Shown here one piece after another: positions 30,829 through 41,318 of a stretch of 45,232 bases of DNA. This DNA comes from Candidatus Contendobacter sp. GTDB lineage: Bacteria; Pseudomonadota; Gammaproteobacteria; Competibacterales; Competibacteraceae. Position 1 is the stretch's first letter, and the number at the start of each line of letters is the position of its first letter. Made by a program: the position numbers and the translations under genes. Where the stretch lies: positions 1-45,232 of the forward strand of contig JAJHPN010000030.1 in NCBI GenBank assembly GCA_020890855.1, read 5' to 3'. The notes beneath the pieces were generated by a model. The model was not told the DNA's origin. It searched no databases and saw only the letters and a list, made by a program, of their open reading frames with translations.

Positions 30829-31953
30829 ATGCCGCATCTTGCCACGATCTACCGCTTGGGCATCAAGGAATTGTGGAGCCTGGTGCGCGACCCGATGATG
30901 CTGGTGCTGATCGCCTACACCTTCACCATATCGATCTATGTGGCCGCCACGGCGATGCCGGAGACCTTGCACAAGGCACCCATCGCTATCGTCGATGAGG
31001 ACGGTTCACCGTTGTCCGGGCGGATCGTCACCGCCTTCAATCCGCCGCGCTTCAATCCGCCAGTGATGATTCCCTTGACCGGCATCGATGCGGGCATGGA
31101 CGCTGGCGATTACACCTTTGTGCTGGATATCCCGCCGGATTTCCAGCGCGACGTGCTGGCCGGGCGGTCGCCGGCGATCCAGCTCAACGTCGACGCCACG
31201 CGCATGAGCCAAGCCTTCACCGGCAGCAGCTACGTCCAGCACATGGCGCTGGGCGAGATCAACGAGTTCGTCCAAGGCTACCGGGGCAGCGCCCCGCCGC
31301 CGGTGGAGCTGGCCCTGCGGGCGCGCTTCAACCCCAATCTGGAGCAATCCTGGTTCGGCGCACTGATGGAGATCATCAACAACGTCACTTTATTGTCGAT
31401 CATCCTGACCGGCGCGGCGCTGATCCGCGAGCGTGAGCACGGCACCATCGAGCATCTGCTGGCGATGCCGGTCACGCCCGCCGAGATCATGCTGTCCAAG
31501 GTCTGGGCGATGGGCCTGATGGTGCTGTTGGCCGCCGCCATTGCGCTGGTGCTGGTTGTGCAGGGCGTACTGCGCATCCCGGTCGAAGGCTCGGTGGCGC
31601 TGTTCCTGGCTGGGGCCGCGCTACATCTGTTCGCCACCACCTCGCTGGGCATTTTCATGGCTACGCTGGCGCGTTCGATGCCGCAGTTCGGGATGCTCGC
31701 GGTGCTGATCCTGCTGCCGCTGCAACTGCTTTCGGGCAACTCGACCCCGCGCGAGAGCATGCCCCAGTTGGTGCAGGCGGTGATGCTGGCCGCGCCAACC
31801 ACGCACTTCGTCGCCGCCGGTCAGGCCATCCTGTACCGGGGCGCGGGCCTCGACGTGGTGTGGCCGCAGTTCCTCGCCCTGACCGCGATCGGCGCGGTGT
31901 TTTTCACCATTGCGCTGAACCGCTTTCGCAGCACCATCAGTCAGATGGTCTGA
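30829..31953 (+). CDS. ABC-2 type permease (YhhJ-like)
   Basis: 374 aa. N-terminal TM helix, periplasmic loop, and five C-terminal TM helices. It follows rbbA by 2 nt. Confidence 0.8.
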   Translation: MPHLATIYRLGIKELWSLVRDPMMLVLIAYTFTISIYVAATAMPETLHKAPIAIVDEDGSPLSGRIVTAFNPPRFNPPVMIPLTGIDAGMDAGDYTFVLDIPPDFQRDVLAGRSPAIQLNVDATRMSQAFTGSSYVQHMALGEINEFVQGYRGSAPPPVELALRARFNPNLEQSWFGALMEIINNVTLLSIILTGAALIREREHGTIEHLLAMPVTPAEIMLSKVWAMGLMVLLAAAIALVLVVQGVLRIPVEGSVALFLAGAALHLFATTSLGIFMATLARSMPQFGMLAVLILLPLQLLSGNSTPRESMPQLVQAVMLAAPTTHFVAAGQAILYRGAGLDVVWPQFLALTAIGAVFFTIALNRFRSTISQMV

Positions 31954-32178
31954 ACGATCTCTCAGCGGCGGCTTGCGGCGCACGAGAGGTTTGCGACGGA
32001 CCTTCATCTGCGCTGAATGAGGACTGATCGTGAGCTGTGCCCAGCCTTTTGTACGCTACCGTACAGACTGGCTCGGGGACGATCGGGCATCATCGGCCTA
32101 TCGCTCCGCAAAAGTGACGCTATCCCGCTTGACCGCACTCAAATCCCACGACAGCCCATTGCCGATCCTGGCGGATTC

Positions 32179-33657
32179 ATGATGCCTGATGCTGACCTTC
32201 ACCCGCGCCACTTTCGGGCTAACCCCCGGATCAGCAGTCCCGCCGTGGTGGCCTGGCTGCTGCTGGCTCTGTCCGGCTGCGCGTCGATAGCGCCGCAGCC
32301 GACCGATCCGGGCGCGGTTGCAATACCGGCGGCATGGTCTGCCGCCCCGGTCAGTGTGACCGCCCAACCGACCGTGCTGGTGCAGTGGTGGGCGCGCTTC
32401 AACGACCCGTTGCTCAGCCGTCTGGTCGGCCAGGCGTTGCAGGCCAACCTCAGTATCAAGAGTGCTGAGGCGGCGCTGCGGGAAGCCAGGGCGCTGCGCG
32501 ATGTCACGGCAGCGGCACTGTGGCCGACGGTCGACGGTTCGGGACTGGCCCAGCGCAGTCGCGCCGATAACCATAGCGCCAACCGGTTCAAGGTCGGTCT
32601 GGACGCCAGTTGGGAACTCGACTTTTTCGGCGTTAACCGGAGCGCCTTGGCCGCCAGTGACGCCACGGTGCAGGCCAGTGCGGCCAGTCTGGGCGATGTG
32701 CAAGTGTCGATGGCCGCCGAGGTCGCCCTCAGCTACATCGCCCTGCGCGGCGCTCAGGCGCTGCTGGCGATTGCCAAGGACAACCTGACCAGCCAGCTTG
32801 AGACCTTGCAGATCGCCCAGTGGCGCTTGCAGGCCGGCCTGGTCACCTCGCTGGAAACCGAGCAGGCCCGCACCGAGACCGAACAAACTCGCGCCCTGTT
32901 GCCGGCGTTGCAAACCAGCATCGATCAGAATCGCTATGCCCTCGCGGTGCTGATCGGCCAGCCGCCCGCCGCGTTGGCAACGGTACTGGCCGCCGCCGGG
33001 CCGCTGCCGCAGGCCCCCGCCGATCTGGCGTTGAGCCTTCCCGCCGAGACCTTGCGCCAGCGTCCCGATGTCCGGGCGGCGGAAGATCAGGTCACGGCGG
33101 CCGTCGCTCGCGTGGCCCAGGCTGACGCCGCGCTTATGCCGAATTTTCAGATCGGCGGTTCACTGGGCCTGAGCGCCCTGACCCTGGGCGCTCTGACCGA
33201 GGGTGCGTCGGTGGCCAGTGCGCTGCTGGCCAGCGTCTCACTGCCGATCTTCGATGGCGGCGCGCTCCGCGCCCAGGTTCGCGCCCAGCAGGCGGCGCTG
33301 GATCAGGCGTGGGTGGCCTATCAAGCCACGGTGCTGGCGGCGCTCAAAGAGGTGGAAGATGCGCTGGTGGCGCTACGGGGCGACCGCGAACGCCTGTTAT
33401 CTCTGCAACGCGCCACCCAAGCCGCCGGCAATGCCGCGCTGTTGGCCCGCCAGCGCTACAGCAGCGGGCTGATCGATTTCCAGACCGTACTTGACACTCA
33501 GCGCACTCAGCTCCGGACCCAGGAAAGCGTTGCCAGCACCCGGATCGCCCTGAGCGCCGACCATGTCCACCTGTACAAGGCGCTCGGCGGCGGCTGGCAA
33601 CCCGCAGATCAGACCGCCCCTCCTACCCAAAACGCCCCTCAGGCCACCCGCTCATGA
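32179..33657 (+). CDS. outer-membrane efflux lipoprotein (NodT/OMF family)
   Basis: 492 aa from ATG 32179 (the track ORF is longer). Lipobox 'LALSGC-AS'. Duplicated OEP repeats ('WWARFNDPLL', 'RPDVRAAE', 'ALMPNFQIGGSLG'). Confidence 0.85.
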   Translation: MMPDADLHPRHFRANPRISSPAVVAWLLLALSGCASIAPQPTDPGAVAIPAAWSAAPVSVTAQPTVLVQWWARFNDPLLSRLVGQALQANLSIKSAEAALREARALRDVTAAALWPTVDGSGLAQRSRADNHSANRFKVGLDASWELDFFGVNRSALAASDATVQASAASLGDVQVSMAAEVALSYIALRGAQALLAIAKDNLTSQLETLQIAQWRLQAGLVTSLETEQARTETEQTRALLPALQTSIDQNRYALAVLIGQPPAALATVLAAAGPLPQAPADLALSLPAETLRQRPDVRAAEDQVTAAVARVAQADAALMPNFQIGGSLGLSALTLGALTEGASVASALLASVSLPIFDGGALRAQVRAQQAALDQAWVAYQATVLAALKEVEDALVALRGDRERLLSLQRATQAAGNAALLARQRYSSGLIDFQTVLDTQRTQLRTQESVASTRIALSADHVHLYKALGGGWQPADQTAPPTQNAPQATRS

Positions 33658-35000
33658 GCACGCCCATCCCCGCCGTTGTGATCGCGCCGCCTCCCGGCCT
33701 GGCTCCGGAAATCGACCTGGCCACGTTGCTCGCTGAACCGGCGGCGCCCATCTGGTATCGCCGCCCGGCGCTGTGGGCCGGTCTGCTGCTGGTGGCGCTG
33801 ATCGCTGCCGGTCTTTGGTACTGGCAAGAGCGCCAGGTTGCCAACGCCGCACCCAGTTACACCACCCAGACCGTAGCGCGGGGCAACCTGACCCTGACGG
33901 TCATCGCCAACGGGACCCTGCAACCGACCCGCTCGATGAATATTGGCAGCGAATTGTCGGGCACGGTGCTGAAAGTCAACGTCGATGTGAATGACCGGAT
34001 CAAGAAAGGCCAGGTGCTGGTTGAACTGGATACCGCCAAGCTGCGCGACCAGATCCTGCGCGCGCGGGCCACGCTGGCGGCGGCGAATGCCAAGGTCGCG
34101 CAAACCGTCGCGACGGTGAAGGAGGCCAAGGCCGGTCTGGCGCGGCTTGAAGAAGTGGCCCGGCTGTCGGGCGGCAAGGTGCCGTCCAAGACTGAACTCG
34201 ACACCGGTCGGGCGATGCTGGAACGGGCCATCGCCGACGAGGCCAGCGCCCGCGCCAATGTCAATGACGCCGAAGCGGCGCTGTCCACCGACCAGATCAA
34301 CCTGTCGAAAGCCTCGATCCGCGCCCCGTCTGACGGCGTCGTCCTGACCCGCAGCGTCGAACCGGGTAACGCGGTGGCCGCATCGTTGCAGGCGGTGACC
34401 TTGTTCACCATCGCTGAAGACCTGACCCAGTTGCGCTTGCAGGTCTACGTTGATGAGGCTGACGTTGGATCAGTCAAAGTGGATCAGGAGGCCCGCTTCA
34501 CCGTCAGCGCCTACGCCAATCGCCAGTATCCGGCCCGGATCACCCGGGTGGCTTACGGCTCGACCATCACCGATAACGTGGTGACCTACCTGACCTATCT
34601 GGACGTGGACAACCGCGATCTGAGCCTGCGTCCGGGCATGACCGCCACTGCCACCATTACTGCAACCCAGCGTCAGGATGTGTTGCTGGTTCCGAACAGC
34701 GCGTTGCGCTTCGAGCCAACCGCCGCCGATGCTGGGCAACCAGCCGCCGGCAGCGGCATCGTCGCCAGTTTGATGCCGCCTCGGAGGCCCACCAGCCGTA
34801 CCCGCAAATCCGCTGCCGCCGGGGCCAGTACTGCGGCAGCGCGTCAGGTCTGGGTGTTGCCGGAAGGCGGGGAAGGCCCCGCCGTAGCGATCGCAGTCAA
34901 GCCGGGGATCAGCGATGGTCGGATGACCGAGATCATCGGCGGCGACCTGGAGGTCGGGATGCAGGTGATCACCGACCAGAAAACGGCGGCGGCAAAATGA
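33654..35000 (+). CDS. periplasmic adaptor (MacA-like MFP)
   Basis: 448 aa; ATGA overlap with the OMF gene. TM anchor, 'GNLTLTVIANGTLQPTRSMNIGSELSGTVLKVNVDVNDRIKKGQVLVELD', and a coiled-coil hairpin. Confidence 0.85.
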   Translation: MSTPIPAVVIAPPPGLAPEIDLATLLAEPAAPIWYRRPALWAGLLLVALIAAGLWYWQERQVANAAPSYTTQTVARGNLTLTVIANGTLQPTRSMNIGSELSGTVLKVNVDVNDRIKKGQVLVELDTAKLRDQILRARATLAAANAKVAQTVATVKEAKAGLARLEEVARLSGGKVPSKTELDTGRAMLERAIADEASARANVNDAEAALSTDQINLSKASIRAPSDGVVLTRSVEPGNAVAASLQAVTLFTIAEDLTQLRLQVYVDEADVGSVKVDQEARFTVSAYANRQYPARITRVAYGSTITDNVVTYLTYLDVDNRDLSLRPGMTATATITATQRQDVLLVPNSALRFEPTAADAGQPAAGSGIVASLMPPRRPTSRTRKSAAAGASTAAARQVWVLPEGGEGPAVAIAVKPGISDGRMTEIIGGDLEVGMQVITDQKTAAAK

Positions 35001-35778
35001 ACTCGCCGCCCGGACTGACCAGCGCCGCGGTTCCGGTGACCATCGGCACGCCACTGATTCGCTTGCGCGGCGTGGTCAAGGTCTATGGCAGCGGCCCGAT
35101 TGCGCTGACTGCGTTGAAAGGCATCGACCTCGACATTGGCGCGGGTGAGTTCGTGGCGATCATGGGGCCGAGCGGTTCGGGCAAATCGACCGCGATGAAC
35201 ATTCTCGGCTGCCTGGATACGCCCAGCGCCGGGCAATACCTGTTCCTCGGCGCGCATGTCGAGGCGCTGTCACGGGATCAGCGGGCGCGCTTGCGCCGCC
35301 GTTATCTGGGCTTCGTATTTCAGGGCTTCAACCTGCTGGCCCGGACCTCGGCCCAAGAGAACGTCGAACTGCCGCTGCTGTATCGCGGCGAAAGCACCCC
35401 GGTCCGACACGCGGCGGCGGCCAAGGCTTTGCAGTCGGTCGGTTTGGGCGGTTGGGAACATCACACTCCGGCCGAGCTGTCCGGCGGGCAGCAACAACGG
35501 GTCGCCATTGCCCGCGCCATCGTCACCGAACCGGCGGTGCTGCTGGCCGACGAACCGACCGGCAACCTCGACACCCAGCGTAGTCAGGAAATCATGGAAC
35601 TGTTGTCGCGCCTGAATGGGGAACACGGCATCACCGTGTTGATGGTCACCCACGAGCCGGATATGGCCGCCTATGCGCGGCGGCTGGTGCATTTTGTCGA
35701 TGGCCGGATCGACAGCGATGTCCCCAACCCGCACCCGGTCGCCCGGACTTTGCCCACCCCGCCGGGGGAGATCCGCTG

Positions 35779-35779
<1 letters not shown>
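34997..35779 (+). CDS. MacB/LolD-type ABC ATPase
   Basis: 260 aa; ATGA overlap. 'GPSGSGKST', '[14 protein letters not shown]', '[11 protein letters not shown]'. Confidence 0.9.
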
Positions 35780-36993
<1,214 letters not shown>

Positions 36994-37074
36994 GATAAAA
37001 AACCTAAATTGGAGATATTGACTGTGATTGCTAAAACTGCCCGAACCAATCAACTTAAAAGTGAGGAATGCACA

Positions 37075-38268
37075 ATGAAATACAAGTGCTTGAAATTTTT
37101 GGCCGGACTGGGATTCACCGCGTTTCTTTGCGGCGTCTTCCCAGCCTTGGCCCAGTCACTGGGAGCAGCGGCCAGCTTCGCGGTGCTGGGAGGTTCGGCG
37201 GTGACCAATACCGGCCCGAGCATCATTACCGGCGATCTGGGGGTTAGCCCAGGCAGTGCGATCACCGGTTTTCCTCCGGGGATAGTGACTGGAGGAACCA
37301 TACACGCAGCCGATGCGGCGGCGCTTCAGGCTCAGAACGATGTCACCACCGCATACAACAATCTCACAGCCCAGCCTTGCAGCGCTACTATTTCGACCAA
37401 TCTCGGCGGAATGACGCTCGCGCCAGGCGTCTATTGCTCCGCGTCGTCGATGGGGTTAGCTGGAATTCTTACGCTCGATGCCCAGGGTGACCCCAACGCC
37501 GTCTTTATTTTCAAGATCGGGAGTACGCTCACGACGGCAAGCAACTCGGTGGTTCGCGTGATCAACGGGGGCCAAAGTTGCAATGTGTTCTGGCAGGTCG
37601 GTAGCTCCGCAACGCTCGGCACCGGCACGGCTTTCGTAGGCAATATTCTTGCGCTCGAAAGCATCACCATGAACACTGGCGCCAGCATGGTTGGAAGAGC
37701 CTTGGCGCGGACTGGTGCGGTGACACTGGATAGTAATGCCGTTTCTGCAGCGGTCTGTAGTACCAACCCCACCGACCCCACCCTCGGCAAGACCTTCAGC
37801 CCGGTCACTATCAATGCGGGTGAGGTTTCGACACTGCTCATTACTCTGAGCAATCCCAGTGAGGTGGTGGCCACCTTGACTGCCCCGCTCACCGACACCT
37901 TGCCCAGTGGGGTCGTGATCGCCAACCCGCCGAATGCCAGCACCACCTGCGGTAGTGGGGTAGTGACTGCCAGCGCCGGCGGAAACACGGTGACCTTGAC
38001 CGGCGGCGCAATCCCGGCCAATGGGATCTGTACGTTGACGGCGGAGGTCACCGCAGCGGTTGACGGTTCGTACATCAACACTCTGCTGGCGGGCACCCTA
38101 GTGATCGGCAACAACAGCAACGCCGCGCCAGCTATCGCTATCTTGTCCGTTCGCAACCTTGTTCCCCTTGGTCGCGCCATCCCAACGCTTTCCGAATGGG
38201 CGATGATTATGTTTGCTGGACTTCTCGCTATCGCGGTTTATGTATCGACGAGAAGACAGAACCGCTAA
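37075..38268 (+). CDS. secreted DUF3494 (ice-binding-like) protein with Ig-like repeat domain and IPTL-CTERM sorting tail
   Basis: 397 aa from ATG 37075 (RBS GAGG). Signal peptide ...FPALA-QS. DUF3494 blocks 'AASFAVLGGSAVTNTGPSIITGDLGVSPGSAITGFPPG', 'AVFIFKIGSTLTTAS', 'CNVFWQVGSSATLGTGTAFVGNILA'. The C-terminus is 'IPTLSEWAMIMFAGLLAIAVYVSTRRQNR': IPTL motif, TM helix, basic tail. Confidence 0.8.
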   Translation: MKYKCLKFLAGLGFTAFLCGVFPALAQSLGAAASFAVLGGSAVTNTGPSIITGDLGVSPGSAITGFPPGIVTGGTIHAADAAALQAQNDVTTAYNNLTAQPCSATISTNLGGMTLAPGVYCSASSMGLAGILTLDAQGDPNAVFIFKIGSTLTTASNSVVRVINGGQSCNVFWQVGSSATLGTGTAFVGNILALESITMNTGASMVGRALARTGAVTLDSNAVSAAVCSTNPTDPTLGKTFSPVTINAGEVSTLLITLSNPSEVVATLTAPLTDTLPSGVVIANPPNASTTCGSGVVTASAGGNTVTLTGGAIPANGICTLTAEVTAAVDGSYINTLLAGTLVIGNNSNAAPAIAILSVRNLVPLGRAIPTLSEWAMIMFAGLLAIAVYVSTRRQNR

Positions 38269-38281
38269 GCACAGTGTCAGT

Positions 38282-38473
38282 ATGATTCCGGCAGACGGTT
38301 TGGTGCTGGAAACCAGCGATCGCTTCGTGATCTTCATCATCCGCACCCGCGGCAACCCGTTCAAAAGCCGCGCCCATCCGATCCTGGTGGCGACTTCGCT
38401 GGCCGTGGCGACGATAGGCGCAGTTTTGCCATTTACCTCGTTAGGGACGTATTTCGGCTTTGTGCCGCCCCTC
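38282..38473 (+). pseudogene. C-terminal relic of a Mg2+-type (MgtA-like) P-type ATPase
   Basis: 'DRFVIFIIRTRGNPFKSRAHPILVATSLAVATIGAVLPFTSLGTYFGFVPPL' matches the final TM9-TM10 region of MgtA-like pumps. No upstream body is present; the IBP gene ends at 38268. Confidence 0.6.
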
Positions 38474-38475
38474 GG

Positions 38476-39561
38476 TCATAGAACCTTTAATTCTTGTTTC
38501 CGGGAACTCCACTCCTGGAATAAGGCGTAGGCGATAGCCAGCAAGGTCGGGCCCAGAAAAATGCCGAGGATGCCAAAGGCCATCACGCCACCCAGCACGC
38601 CCAGAAATACCAGAATGAAGGGTAGGCGACTCCCCTGACTGATGAAGTAGGGCTTAATGACATTATCGACGGCGCTCACCACTAAAAAACCCCAGAGTCC
38701 GAGAAACACCGCCCACCCCGTCTCACCGGTCTGGAATAGCCAAATGGCGGCCGGCGCCCAGATGAGTGGCGGCCCGATGGGAATCAACGAAAGGATGCAC
38801 GTCAGAACACCGAGCAGCAGGGCGCCGGGTATGCCCGCGATCAAAAATCCCGTGCCTGCCAGGAATCCCTGAGCCAGCGCGGTGCCAATAATGCCGTAGA
38901 CCACGCTCTTGATGGTATCTCCTGTGATACGGAGCAACCCTGGCGCCCGCCTGCCACCGACTCGATCGAATAAGGCTTCCAGCCTTCCGGAGAGCGCTGC
39001 ACCGTCCCGGTAGAAAAAAAACGCAATGAACACGCTGAGGCTGAGGGACAAGACGCCACCGCCGAGGTTCGTCGCACTGCGTAGCGCCCAGTCCCGCAGG
39101 GGAATGAGGTATTTCATCAACTCCGTGGTCAGTTTGGCGCCACTCCCCGCCATCGCTTGCCATCGGTCGTGCAGGGGCGAACCTACGACCGGCAACTTCG
39201 CGACCCATGTGGGTGGATCAGGCGGCCCTTGACTGAGGAGTTGCCGCGCCATCTCGATCAGCGCGGTCACGTCTTCCGCCAAACTGATTCCGAGGAGCAC
39301 CAACGGTCCGATCAGCACGGTCGCGACCAGCCATACCATCAGCCCGGCCGCGAGCCCTTTCCTGCCCCGGACGGCCCGTTCGATCCAGCGGTAGACCGGC
39401 CAGGTGGAAAAGGACAGGATCACCGCCCACAGGATGGCCGAGAGAAAGGGTCGCAGTACCGCGAAACAGCCCATCATCAAAACGGTGACGAGGGCGATGC
39501 CGGCCCATCGGTCGATACGGGTTTGGCTCAGCGCGGATGTCAGGTCAGGGAGCAATGCCAT
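38476..39561 (-). CDS. AI-2E (PerM/YhhT) family transporter
   Basis: 361 aa from ATG 39561. The 525-aa track ORF runs into the upstream gene, so I trimmed it. Eight hydrophobic segments; 'PFLSAILWAVILSFSTWPVY', 'VVSAVDNVIKPYFISQG'. Confidence 0.8.
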   Translation of the reverse strand: MALLPDLTSALSQTRIDRWAGIALVTVLMMGCFAVLRPFLSAILWAVILSFSTWPVYRWIERAVRGRKGLAAGLMVWLVATVLIGPLVLLGISLAEDVTALIEMARQLLSQGPPDPPTWVAKLPVVGSPLHDRWQAMAGSGAKLTTELMKYLIPLRDWALRSATNLGGGVLSLSLSVFIAFFFYRDGAALSGRLEALFDRVGGRRAPGLLRITGDTIKSVVYGIIGTALAQGFLAGTGFLIAGIPGALLLGVLTCILSLIPIGPPLIWAPAAIWLFQTGETGWAVFLGLWGFLVVSAVDNVIKPYFISQGSRLPFILVFLGVLGGVMAFGILGIFLGPTLLAIAYALFQEWSSRKQELKVL

Positions 39562-39590
39562 CGAACGGCGGTACTCCGTATTGGCGGTTG

Positions 39591-40454
39591 CTACGCTTGG
39601 ATTTCGACCACCCGAACCGCGACCTGCATCCGGGGCGACTGGGGGGTGGCGGCGCGAAACGAGCCGGATACGGGAGGCACCCATTCGGGATGCCGGCTCA
39701 CGGCCACGGCAATGTGGTCGTTGCCGACCACCTGACCGGAGGTGGAGTCGAATCCCTTCCAGCCGGCGCCGGGCAGAAAAACTTCCGACCACGCATGCGT
39801 GGCGCCTTGGCCCCGCACGACAGGGGTCGCGCACAGATAGCCGCTGACAAACCGCGCCGCCAGGCCCAGGTTGCGGCAAGCTTCGATAAACAGGGTCGCG
39901 GAATCCCGGCAGGAGCCGCTGCATTTGGCCAAGGTGGTCGCCGGTGTCTGGACCCCCGGTTGCTCGCGTTGCTCGTAGGCGAAGCCGCCGGCGATAGCTT
40001 TGTTGATCGTATCGAGCAAGGTGTAGGTTTCCACCGCTCGACCAGGCTGCCAAAAGGGTCGCAACCAGGCGCCGAGCAGCGGTTGGTCTGAGACGAAGAC
40101 CGGCAAGAGATAAGGCTCCAGGTCGATACGCTCGGCCGCCGGATACTGGAAAGGGTAAAACACCGCGAAATCCGCCACCAGAAAATCCAGGGGCTGGTCG
40201 TCATAGTGCTGGAGCAGGAGGCGGCTGGCAATCGAAAGCCGACTGCTCGGCTCGTCAAAGCTCGCCCAGGCTACGGCATTGTCATAGATGTCGCGCTGCC
40301 ATTGCAGATGATGGGCCGGGGAAATGGTCAAGTCGGCTGATTCGATGCGGACATCATGCCCTTCGCGGGGCCGCAACAGCAATTTATGCGGCAGCAGGGT
40401 GACGGTTTCGGCGTACTCGTATGTCGTTTCATGCTCTATTTGCAAGCGGCGCAT
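39591..40454 (-). CDS. transglutaminase-like cysteine protease family protein
   Basis: 287 aa from ATG 40454 (the track starts at a TTG 21 nt upstream). 'IEHETTYEY' bacterial TGase N-domain. Catalytic context 'GSCRDSATLFIEACRNLGLAARFVSGY' and 'THAWSEVFLPGAGWKGFDST'. Confidence 0.8.
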   Translation of the reverse strand: MRRLQIEHETTYEYAETVTLLPHKLLLRPREGHDVRIESADLTISPAHHLQWQRDIYDNAVAWASFDEPSSRLSIASRLLLQHYDDQPLDFLVADFAVFYPFQYPAAERIDLEPYLLPVFVSDQPLLGAWLRPFWQPGRAVETYTLLDTINKAIAGGFAYEQREQPGVQTPATTLAKCSGSCRDSATLFIEACRNLGLAARFVSGYLCATPVVRGQGATHAWSEVFLPGAGWKGFDSTSGQVVGNDHIAVAVSRHPEWVPPVSGSFRAATPQSPRMQVAVRVVEIQA

Positions 40455-40790
40455 CGCAATGATTGCCTCTGTCAATACTATGTCGGTATCTCGCGATCTT
40501 CCTAACCCATCTTATGCCCGTATCAAGAAGTGCTCAAGAAATGCCTGTTGCGGCCATGCGATGAGCTGGCCGTCCGCCGGCCCACCAGAAATTCGCCAAC
40601 GCTCGGCGATGGCTCGCGGTAGATGGCGTCCTTGATGTCTTCTTTCAGATCGCCGGAGCCGGCTTGGACCTCGGCTGTGTAGCCCATCCTGGCGGCGATG
40701 GAACCAATGGTTGCCCATTGCGATTCATTCGTTATTGCCAGAGTAGGTAACAGCAAAACTCTTGACGCTCTCAAACATGCCTGTGAGAAA

Positions 40791-40805
40791 TGGTGCGCTA
40801 TGTGC
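40791..40805 (+). promoter_or_regulatory. possible sigma-54 (-24/-12) promoter
   Basis: TGGTGCGCTATGTGC versus consensus TGGCACG-N4-TTGC. GG and GC are at the correct spacing, with 3 mismatches. It lies 141 nt upstream of the first DUF2173 gene. Confidence 0.25.
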
Positions 40806-40945
40806 GACAGCGCACAGATCAGGCTGATCTTTTTTCTTATTTTGATAAGCATTCGTGATGAATGAACCCTCACTGACTTTAAGTGAGAATCCATGCTTTG
40901 TCGCTGAGAGTTCCTGAAATCAAAAGTTCTGTCTGTGAGGTGTCT

Positions 40946-41290
40946 ATGTCCAGAGCATCGGAGTTAATGAAATTGCCGGGCGCGGTGGTGGCCGGCGTTT
41001 TTTCCCGAAAAGGGATATTGGATGACTTCGAGGGTCCTTTCCCACAGGCCCAAGCCAAGTTGCTGATGAGTCTCTGTGCCTCAATGACCATCACCATGGA
41101 GATGCAGGGTCGCCTACTGGCTGATTTGGCGGGGGCGCCCGGTTGGGATACCTGCAATGGCTGGACTCTATGGGGTCCGGAAATGTCCTTGGTAACGGTG
41201 TGTGACAGCACCTGCGTCGTGAACCTGAGTGAAACTTCGTTTCAAGAGGTGATCTCGGCCATGCGAACGGCAGCAGGTGTAGAAGCATAA
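40946..41290 (+). CDS. DUF2173 (Roadblock/LC7-like) protein, paralogue 1
   Basis: 114 aa from ATG 40946 (RBS GAGG). 'LMKLPGAVVAGVFSRKGILDDFEGPF...AKLLMSLCASMTITMEMQ...GW...GWTLWGPEMSLVTV...VVNLSETSFQEVISAM'. Same pattern as the next two ORFs. Confidence 0.7.
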   Translation: MSRASELMKLPGAVVAGVFSRKGILDDFEGPFPQAQAKLLMSLCASMTITMEMQGRLLADLAGAPGWDTCNGWTLWGPEMSLVTVCDSTCVVNLSETSFQEVISAMRTAAGVEA

Positions 41291-41318
41291 AACCGAGCAA
41301 AAATTTAGGAGAACAAAT

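Noticed and set aside
39562-40053. The N-terminal 164 codons of the 525-aa track ORF for the AI-2E transporter.
   Set aside because: This extension overlaps the transglutaminase gene in another frame and is Arg/Gly/Pro-rich. The transporter's hydrophobic core begins at the ATG at 39561.
40523-40894. A 123-aa minus-strand ORF. Its 3' two-thirds (about 40523-40740, '...WATIGSIAARMGYTAEVQAGSGDLKEDIKDAIYREPSPSVGEFLVG...') shows coding-like GC3 bias.
   Set aside because: The 5' third lies in AT-rich promoter-like DNA. There is no RBS and I recognise no family. It is possibly another gene fragment and worth a TBLASTN, but it is not reportable as a gene.
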